From the NCBI GenBank assembly GCA_051294375.1, contig CM119264.1, positions 14,410,682 through 14,474,681 on the forward strand: a stretch of DNA of 64,000 nucleotides, written 5' to 3'. Below, in pieces: positions 40,001-50,259 of this stretch (position 1 is its first letter; every line of letters starts with the position of its first letter). The stretch comes from Paraspadella gotoi (lineage: Eukaryota; Animalia; Chaetognatha). Made by a program: the position numbers and the translations under genes. A model generated the notes under the pieces. The model saw nothing but the letters and a program-made list of their open reading frames with translations. It did no database searches and was not told the origin of the DNA.

Positions 40001-42149
40001 TGGTATGCGGTAGAAAAGCATAAGGGAAGGAAAAATTTTGTCATGAGCTTAGAAACATAACTCCGGAGACCAATCAGCCATTCCAGATGGTTAACTCTTG
40101 CATGTCGCTTACTTCGTCTATATATGTCTTTAATAGGCTTGAAGGGAAAGTTAAAAAAAAATCTCTATGAGGTTATTGTATTTATTGTATCGAATTATGC
40201 AGTCATGTGGTTTGAGTGGAAATGTTTATCTGATCTCAAGGTAGCTCCAAAAAATGTTTTTATCAGATACAATTACTCGGGTACCTCACTGTCAAAACAA
40301 AACCAATTGTGGTAAGCCTTATATAAAGTCAATGGTAATGCTCATCCTGAAAGCACTTGAAAAGATTTTCAAGTTAAGAAAAGGCTCCGACATTGTGCGA
40401 AAATCTGTAAGGATCTTCAAGCCCTCCGAATTTGAATTTTAATGCAATAAATTATGTTGATATTATAGATTGGGAAAAAGTTGTTATAACCGAATCAATC
40501 TTAACTTGTTCACTTTCAATTAAAGAACTAGAAAATATTAAATTTGAAAAGCTCATTCTCCCCATTTCAACACCATACAACAATCGGTTTGAACGTTTAA
40601 TAAGAGACATAACAGATGTTGCGACTCATGTTGCTGGTTTTAATAACCGAGAATGGGTACATACGTGCTAAATTGCTTCGCGATTAGCAGTTTCCTAAAG
40701 CTGATACAAAAAAAAACTTGATTAATATGTTAGATATTTAAATAAACATTATTTTTAGCAGAAATAAGAATTCTTTACTCAACTTTATTCAATGTGCTAG
40801 CAAATTAAATTGAACTAACATTTTTAAGGGGCGCCTATTAGAAGCCTGTATTTAGTGGTGTCATGGCGCTCAAGAGAAAGCTGCCTGTGAATCCTCTGAA
40901 TGTTACCTCGGTGGTGTCATGGCGCTAGAAAGCTGCCTGTGAATCCTCCGAGAGGTTTGTAAGGCTTTTAAGTGGCCGCTTGTGCTGTTTCTATCTTCTT
41001 ATCCATTGTGGCGGCATTTTGTATAAAGTCATTAAATTAGTATATTCGGATGTTTATTAACACTCCTTTTGTTAAAAAAGAAATTTAAAATTCTTAAGTA
41101 ATACTTGTTATATATTGGTACTGTTTTTTAGCTCAGGGTTGAGCCCTGATAGTTCTGCTTAGCAGTGGTTGTCTCTCACATATACTGTCACTGTTATCAG
41201 AAACTGTTAGGGGAATTCGGCTACTTTGATTCTTCATAAAATAAAAATAAATGGTTTTACCTATAGTCTGGAAAACTTCGGGCTAGAAGCCTTACCCAGA
41301 TTGTGACCGTTGGTAACCTTAATATTATTATTATATTATTAATATTATATATTAAATATATATATATTATTAGTAAGTAAAATAAGTAATTATATTAATC
41401 CTTTTTTCTCCATTCCAGGTACGGTTGTTTGAAGCAGTATTACCTGAGCGGCGCCTCATGTCTCGTTTGGGCTTTTTTTTGTTTCGTAATAGAAAACCAT
41501 ACTAAAAAAGCTTAAATAAATATTCATAAATATCTAATAATTTAGATTTCAGACATAAAAATAATATAATATTTTGTTATTTTAGCTATATAACATTAAA
41601 AAAATCAAATCAAATCAAATATCTTTTTGTAGATTTTTTGTCAATTTTTTTGGCATCATTCCAGCTCGGTCGTATTAATAAACTCGATAGGACGGGAAAA
41701 CTGGGCCAGCGAATATTGGTTTTTTATACTTCGGGGGCATAACACTACACTTAATTCCAAAATTAAGGGGGCAGCAAGAAAGGAATTTGAAAGTTTTGTA
41801 TTTATACTCCGCGCTACCACTCACAGTGAACCCAGACGAACGCGATCATCAACATGTACCCACTCTCGACTTACCTGGAGATTCCTTCTACCAACCTCTT
41901 CCCTCGTCTGGTCTCCTACCTCAACGGCAGCAGCGTTGTGAGCCCTCTGGACGAATGGATTCTACTTTCGAAAACTTGTCGGAGTGAGTAGAAGTAGGGT
42001 GGACAAACATCAAATGAAATAACTGAGAGGAGAAGTTGTCGCGATGCCCCACTGACAATGTGGATAGAACCCACAGTTACTTGTGTATCCAGTGGGTTTG
42101 GAATATATTTCCGTCAAATGCCTTCCTTTCCGGAACTTCGGACCCGGCG
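37061..42149 (+). CDS. Secreted Cys-containing exon series, possibly the N-terminal part of the carbonic anhydrase gene
   Basis: Signal peptide MIYILFLAALLRPISTE; exons about 37061-37123, 37208-37254 (ECRTCVKTCMEKQCVE), 37541-37656, 38003-38192, 41419-41464, 41827-41983, 42077-42149; the frames of the last three are ambiguous. Confidence 0.45.
38290..41015 (+). mobile_element. Decayed hAT-superfamily-like (hATm/hATx-type) DNA transposon inside an intron
   Basis: Frameshifted transposase pieces: DSTNTNTGW, WMICSLHTNELGLRHL (CxxH), PISHSRWLTLACRLLRLY (RW motif), ERLIRDITDVA; subterminal direct repeats at 40855-40950; termini only weakly defined (CACAATG / CATTGTG). Confidence 0.75.
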
Positions 42150-42378
42150 GTAGGTTTGCTGCCCATCACTCTTATGCAAGATGAATCGTTAGCGCAATAA
42201 ACTATGACGGTACTTACAGAGCAGCCATATCCAACAGATGTTGATATTACGTCATTACCAAGCCATATTGAATAAATAGACATTTACGTAAACTATGTAT
42301 AGATCGTGCAAAGAGTACTATGTACGTGGCACCTAACTGAACACTTTCTAAGCCTTCGATCATCAACTCGCCCGACAG

Positions 42379-43135
42379 TGTGTAATAATCAGACATACGG
42401 CTACACGGCATGGGGTTCGCGCGAGTCGAATCAACAACAATGGCCCGGGCTTTGTCAGAGCGGTCTTCGTCAGTCACCCATCGACCTCGTGGATTCCAAA
42501 GCCGTTTTAAGCCAGACTCCTTTTGGTAAGTGCATTGTATCCTTTTAACAATCTTGACCATTTTTTACTTCTTTTTTTTTCAAATAGATCTCAGCTTTTA
42601 CGGATATCACACTATCCTCACCGATTACGGAATCGTCAATAATGGTCACACTTTCAAGGTGAGGTTGAAAAGTTTCTTATTTGGCAGTGGTCGTCTTCTT
42701 TCGCCCCTCCCCCCTCAACATGGTTGGGTTTGCACGGTCGCATGGTTGAGTTTGCTTATAATGACTATATACATTGTACAATGTACATGTTATGATTCTC
42801 TGTTATTCTATCCATAATAATTTAAACACTGGTTCTTGACTTAGAACCTCTGAGAGAGGGCCTTTTCAAAATTTGTTATCACTAATATGATTTTAGCCTT
42901 TCTCAAACTTCGGTCCCAGATTAAACCCTCGCCCCAAGATAGTCAAAACATCTGGCTCACCTTAGACGGACTTCGCTACGACATTGTCAGTCTTCACTTT
43001 CACTGGCCATCAGAACATACTCTGAATGGAAATTACTACCCCTTGGAGAGTCACGTGGTTCACCAGAATCCAAACACGGGGGAATTGGTCATTATAGCCC
43101 AACTCTATTTTCTTGGTAAACAAGTGAACAGAAAT

Positions 43136-43202
<67 letters not shown>

Positions 43203-43836
43203 CAAACGAAAAACGTATTCTCTTTTGTGACCTCCAGATTTTCCAAATTCCTTTTCGAGTGATTCACTCGGAAATTTCACTCGAGTGATGGCATCGGCGA
43301 TGGAACCGATCGTCATTCCATCTGGAGTCCCTTCACCCGCGAGGCTCCCTCTTACAATGAGCACCTTTTTGCCCGACAATAACCAATTGTTTTTCCGGTA
43401 AGCAGTGAGTTTGTACATTAATGCCTTTCACGGGAGTCGTGTGGATTGTTCGATGAATGAAAAAGTGTCCCCAAAAAATATTTCAGATACTACGGTGGTT
43501 TGACCACGCCTCCCTGTACCGAAAACGCGAATTGGTTCGTGGCGATGACTCCGCTATCAATCACTGCTGATCAATATTTGGTAAGTAAATAAATAAATGA
43601 ATCGTTTAACTAATGTGATGACTGTAATATAATTACGTCATGATCCAAATTTTACAAGGTCTTCAAGAACTTTGTCTAATTCCATATCATTTTATTATCA
43701 GAAATTCTTAATGGTAAAAAGGTGTCCAAGAATAGTGGCGCTGGGAATGAACATTGACAACTTTATGTGGGGCAATTTCCGTCCAACTCAAGAGCTCAAT
43801 GCAAGAACCGTATCCTTCGGCAATTGGCGGCCTTGA
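42379..43836 (+). CDS. Alpha-carbonic anhydrase catalytic domain, 6 exons (42379-42525, 42588-42658, 42920-43115, 43239-43398, 43487-43580, 43702-43836)
   Basis: [26 protein letters not shown] (three Zn-binding His), [12 protein letters not shown] and [11 protein letters not shown] motifs; phase-compatible GT-AG introns; no start codon of its own. Confidence 0.92.
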
Positions 43837-44669
43837 TTTTGTTGTAATTATATGAAACACACTGAATTGTGCATTACTTTAATGTTATTTTCTTTCAAAA
43901 TTTACAACAAATATAAAACGTCGTCTCTCTCTCTCTCTCTCTTACTCTTAGAAAAAAAAATTAATCTTTTAATGAAATATTTTCATTAAATTTAATTCGA
44001 TTTCTTAAATCGAAGTGCGTTTTAATTTTTTTCCGAAAAAAACATGTAAAACAGGTAAAGATGCTGCCGTGTCTCACGTAATTATTTTTTCGTTTCTCGC
44101 CTCAAGTTTAAAGCCTGGTTTAAAAAAGAGCCTCTACAGAAGTAAGACTCGATAGGAAAACCCTTTGCGGAAATGAAGTGAATTTTTTTTAAATATAGGA
44201 AAAACGGAATAGCGAAGTTGTAGATCGAATTTAGAAATCTGTTTTCGCCGTCATATTAACCATTTTTGACATGAAACGTCCCGCCAACGACCGAGGTTAT
44301 GACGTCACGAAGATCTTGCGAACAACTTGAGAAGAGTAAGGTCGAGTCATACATTTAATAATAACTCAATGGGAAGCAATTTTTACAATTTTTACAAAGA
44401 CAAAAAAAAAATATTGTATTAAAATTACAGTCTGATATTTTATCTGATGACTCGGCCGGCTAAATTTACTTTACAGCCAATCGGCAATTCAACGCCGCAA
44501 TCATTTCACCCCGAATCCACGTCCTCTTCGCCTCTCCTTATCTCTCGCCTCAAAAAGAAGGTCGCTCTGTGTCAAGTCCAACTCCATCTACGTCCTCGCC
44601 GTCGAATGTCTTGAGAGGCGTCGCGCCCACCGGTCGGAGATCCAACGGATACGAGGATCGCCTTCGACG

Positions 44670-46683
44670 ATGGTGACGTTTTTATTCTTCGTCCTCGTCG
44701 TCGCCGTTATCGGCGTGCTCGGTGACGATCGAAACATCGGCGGTGGCCTCTTTAACAGAACCGTCCGCAACATTTACACGGGAATTCCCGGCCAAGAGAT
44801 CCTGCTCATAGTTTTTCAGGAATTTCACGGCTCCACCACGATCGAACCGAGTGACATTTGCGAATTCGATGGCGACGTACTCATGCTTAGAGTTTTTCAA
44901 TTTGGATCGGTCAAAGTCGAAAAAATTCCCATCAAGAACGGAAAGTGTGAGTGGTTGGATTTAATACGATTTTAGTTCTTCTTTTGGTCGTTAGTGCTTC
45001 ACTTGTATTGGTTTGTAGTCGTACGAGTTTGAGTTTGAGTTTGTCTATGTTTTAAATGATAAATGATGGGATGGAGAGAAGGAGATTCTTCGTACAGACG
45101 AACTAACAATTTTGATTGCTTAACGATGACAATTCAGTTTTATCAACTAGTGATTGAAAATAAATAACGAGATGTTACTAGCGCATAAATAGAAAAAACA
45201 AGGATTACGTACAAGTGATTAAAATGAAGCTTGTCGTAAGTCGTTGGACCAAACATCGTCGTCATTCTTGTTGTCGTTCACCTTTGTTTTCCTGGCAGAT
45301 TGCGAACTTTTGATGAACAGTCCGTCGCAGATCGTCCACCCTTTGGCGAAAGGGTTCGAGATTCATGGAGACATCGCGAAAAACAATACCGTCCTCGACC
45401 TGAAATACGGAGGATACGAAAGCACAGTGAAGAAAAAAGTAGTCCATAACGATTTGGCCATTATCTTCAACGTGACCAACGAGGTTTTGGCGGTGGGGGG
45501 GTGGGAAGAGAGAGTGTAACGAGAATGAGTAAAGTATTGACAAAGATAGATCCAATTTTTTAAGGAAATGAATACTTAGTGACAAAAATATTTTGGATCT
45601 TCTCCAATTAAAAAACGGCAGGGATTGATCATATCCAAGCTGTGGGACTGCAACGACCAAGCGGCTTTTCAGTGCGAAAAGAAACACCTCTGCATCATCC
45701 AGGATGCCATGTGCGACAACATCAAAAACTGTCCAAGCGGGATCGACGAGGCTAATTGGCGATGCGGGCCACTGGGTAAGTGCGAAAGAAGTTCCTGCGG
45801 GGAAGGTTATTGGTCAAGCATTAGTTGGCCGCTTAGAGCCTCTGTCCCCTTCGAAGCTTTGTCCCTCCCCAAATTCCTACTGAACAGTGTTCAGTGAACA
45901 CGTTCGTACGGTTAATATTTAGAAATTTAAAGACAACGCAACATTAATTGTGCCGGCAGGCAACTCGGAATTGGTGACGTTCATCATCATCCTCATCATC
46001 GGCGTCGTCTTCTGCATCGTCGGAGTCCCCATCATCATCGTCTGCATGAGAAAGAAAAAGGCTAGAGAAATGGCGGAGAAGTCGCAATCCGAGAGCAGCA
46101 CTCTTAACAGGTCCCAATTTTTTTTTTTTAAGAGAGGGGGGAGGGTTGTAGAAAAGGGGAAGTTTTAGCGGAAGGTTGTCGAAGTATTTTAGTCAATCCT
46201 GAGGATGACATTGCCCTTTTGTTGTTTTTTTTGCAGCCCTGGAAAGAACGTGGGCGCGTCGAAATCGGCCTTCGGAAATTTAAACAAACAACCGAAACAC
46301 ATTATGGGAGTCAACAGGAAGGAGGCCGTTTACAGAGAGATCGAGGGTTGTCGTCTGAGTGTGTGAATCCCTATTGTCATCCCCTTAAACTAATTATTAT
46401 TTTTTTTTAAAAATATTTAAACGTACCTAAGCGAAACTACATCGTCCTTTGAATATGAGGTTTTAATGTTAAACATTTTCTTTTTCATCATTCACCCGCG
46501 TTTCTCTTCATAGAAATTCTATTTTAGGAACGTATGTCCGTTTTACGGCGATTGTTTTACGCGCGAACTCGCTTTTTTTTCCCACCCACAGGTGACTCGC
46601 ATATTGATCTGATTCAATACTACGCGGACCTCAATAGCGAAGACGGTGGTTCCGGCTCACTATTCGCTTCCGCTCCAAGTTGA
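44670..46683 (+). CDS. Type I single-pass membrane protein with one LDL-receptor class A module, 6 exons
   Basis: Signal peptide MVTFLFFVLVVAVIG; LDLa C...FQC...CI...CD...NCP.GIDE..C (45622-45774); TM LVTFIIILIIGVVFCIVGVPIIIVC followed by RKKK; cytoplasmic tail ends ...GSLFASAPS*. Confidence 0.8.
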
Positions 46684-47716
46684 CGCGCGGCTGGAGGTTC
46701 CGCGTGCTCGTCGTCGTTGGCGTTTGTGCGGCCACCTATCGCTCTTCTCTCCCAAACCCTCTGAAAAATATTAAAAAAATATAGCGTGAGCCATTTTCAG
46801 CAGAAGATAAATGTTGTTGAGAATATACTCTATACATTTTACATTAAACTTTAAAGCGCAAGTGTTTTTCGTTGTTTTGAAATTTGTTGTACTATAAGTA
46901 AATTAGATGACATGTATAATCAAAATTTGTTCGATTTGACAAGGCTTCAGTTTTATGGTTTAGGTGAAGAAACCAAAAAAAGCGATTTTTAAAAGTAAAA
47001 TAATTACGATACTTGTTAACATCACAGAGGGTGGAAACCTGGAAACAAAGGAATGGATTATATGTATAGAGAATGTTTCCGCAACCGGAAGAGGAAAAAT
47101 ATTTCCATAAGAATGGATTCAATGGATTCAATCCCTGTCTACTTACTTAAATGATAATTGCAAAACATGAGTAATAGCAAGCAATAGACCCCGACTGACA
47201 AATTCCAAGGGAAACGGAGATGAAATAATAGAGTTGGTAAGAGTGTGTGCTGTGTGGGACTGAAAGGAGAATTGTGTGTGACGTGTTCGCAGTCTAGACG
47301 GGATAACTTGAGCGGTGTGATCAGCCAAGAAAAATTGTCTCAATCCTGGTAAACTTCCATAAACTGGATAAAGACTAAAGTAGCAGTTTACCTTAAAAAT
47401 ATCAATTTTAAAAATTTTTTTACGAAAACTCTTACAAGGACTGACGAGTGGCGGGCCGACGGGGCGACAGTTTTTCTTTTATTTTGTTACTTAACATGTT
47501 TAACAATTTGTCTACCTTTAATCTTTAGCTTAAGCGATAAAATCGACGCAAAAGGAGTAATAAAAAATAATATATTGGAGCTAATTAGGTTTTTTTTTGT
47601 TTTTTTTCATCATTTACCACTGACCAATTAACTAAACGGATTAGATTTAAACTGTGTCGCAAATTAGAGACAGCTAATCTCAAAATCTCGTTCGTCCACC
47701 GTCGCGTCGAACGGTC

Positions 47717-50070
47717 TCATTGGAAGACGTAGTCCACCAAATCGGCGGCGACGACGACGGCGCCGTCGACCACCTTCGCCTCCAGTGCCGCCAACTTCAT
47801 ACGTCCGTTCTGAGACAGGTTGACGCCCTTGTTGTTACTCGCGTTGATTCGTGGGATGAGGTGGGAGGCGGTGAAGACGCGGATTAGGCGGTTGATGGCG
47901 GAGGTGGAGTCGGCCGAGTCGTCGAGGGGACAAATAGGCTCCACGGATTCAACCGCGACGTCACTCAATGTAAACTAAATTGTAATTTAAACATAATTAG
48001 TTAATATAAAATGGCGACACGATTCATAGACGTCATAATTATGTTAGTTGTTAGTATAATCTAAAAAAGTTTTGTAAAGAATTGTAATTTACAATATTTC
48101 CTATCATTTGATTACTTACTTCTAATCTTATGAGTAAGTTTCACGACATTCACGTTAATGAGTTTCATAAGTTTTAAGCTTTATGAGTAAATTTTACTTA
48201 CCCTAAGCTGGTTCTCTTCGTCGAATCCGAGTTGACAAAAAACTTTCAGTACGAAACGCGTCTTCAGTGTCAACTTCGCTTCCGACGGGGCGTGGTCGGC
48301 GGCGTCGGCGTTCTCGACTACGGGTTCCAGCATTGTGAGGAGACCCTCCAATCTGAAAGATATGCCTTCGGAGGCCGATAATTCGCAGGAGGTGTTCAAG
48401 ATAATATCGACGAAAGTTTGGGAGGGAAGTTCGCCTCCTACGATCGCGAACACCTCCTTCAAAGCTTCCCCTACTTCCTCATTCAATTCCGGCGTCGAAA
48501 TAATAAATTTAGCCTCACGAAGTCCGGACGCGTGAAGAAAGGAGTTGAAAAAACTGAGAAGGAGATAAAATTGATGAAGTTAAATGTTTTTTTTATTTTG
48601 GTGTCCTTATTTTTTATTAAGAAAATATAATTCATACACGCATTTCAAATGGGAGGGAAATGAAAAGAGTTGTTATAACTCTTAACCTACTGACTGTGAT
48701 TAATATTTGTTCATTTCATTAGTTAGTTAGTTTATGTTCCTATAAAGCAAATTGAACCTAGGCAATGCCCGACTACAACGTCATAGCAACTGGTGCGCTT
48801 GCCTTCCAGCAGCTTTTTTTGCAACTTTTCTCTCCTCTTATTTGATACTACAATTTTAAACTCATTGTGAAAAAAATTTAGACAAATATTTTAATTTCTT
48901 TTACAATTACATTCATTAGTTAGTATAATGTCTTGGGAGAATGCAAACAATTTTTATTAATATATTTCAAGGTTTACTTAGGCAACGGGATTAGATCATT
49001 GTTCTTTTGCAATTTTTTTTCAAAGCTGAAATTCTTATTTTCCATAAGTTTTAACTATGTGTTTCGTGTTTCGTGTTTTAACTATTTTTTCGTTGTGTTG
49101 TAGATTAGAAATAAGTTTAAAATAGTTCAAAAACGATTTTATTTTGAGACAGTGGACAAACTGGACATGTTTCGACTTTGATTCAAGTCTTCATCAGCGC
49201 TTGAAAAAACTATAAAATGAAAAAGGCTGTCATTGTGGTTATGAAAAGCTTTTGATATTTAGATTGCTCAGACACATACCCCAATGTCTATATCTGTAAG
49301 ATGAACCAAAATTTTCAAACATCTCCTTTTTTTAATAAAAATAGTTTTGTTTTTTTTTCTAACCGGATGCAAAAAATTTGCTTTTTTAAAATGCGACCAC
49401 GAGATTGATGAGCACCTTACTAAGAAAGTTAGTTGGAAAATAAAAAAAAGTCAGCAATTTTTTTTACCAAAGTGCCAAATCTGAAGTTGCTATAACAAAT
49501 AATTTAGCCACTGTATTTGATTCTTTCATTTCACTCCCATTTGAAATCCGTGGAGTTTAAAGTTTCGCTCAATTCTTTTTGCTTCAGTACTACAGTCTAA
49601 ATATATTCTAGATTGGCGCTTATAAGTAATTTACAAGAAACAATCTAAATTCCCTCACCGTTTGCCGATGATCAATGAGGCATCCCGGTGTTGCTGCGTC
49701 GCCGCCGCCGCCAAAGTCAACGCCATCTCATCCTCCCGATCCTGCGCCATCAACCACGCCCACTCGTTTCCCGGTTCCACGAATTGAGCGGCGTTTCGAA
49801 CGACAATGGCGCCATTTTCGGCGCTCACTTCCTCGACGGAGAAGTCGATCGTAAGCTGGCGCCCGTCCGCGCCTTGGTATTCGTAATGACGCCGGAAGTC
49901 GATGCCAAGACCCGCGCCGAGACGATCGAGGGCGTTGCGGAGTCCCTCGGAGAGGCGTCGCTCCAACTGACGACGAATGTCCTTACAAAATCAAATGAAA
50001 ATTCTCATTATTTATTTAGTAATTAGTTGTTTTCTTTCTTTTTCTTTCATTCATTCATTCATTCATTCAT

Positions 50071-50122
<52 letters not shown>

Positions 50123-50223
50123 TTCTTTCTTTCTTTCTTTCTTTCTTTCTTTATTTATTTATTTATTTATTTATTTATTTCTTTATTTTTTTTTTCTTTC
50201 TTTTCTTTCTTTCTTTCTTTCTT

Positions 50224-50259
<36 letters not shown>

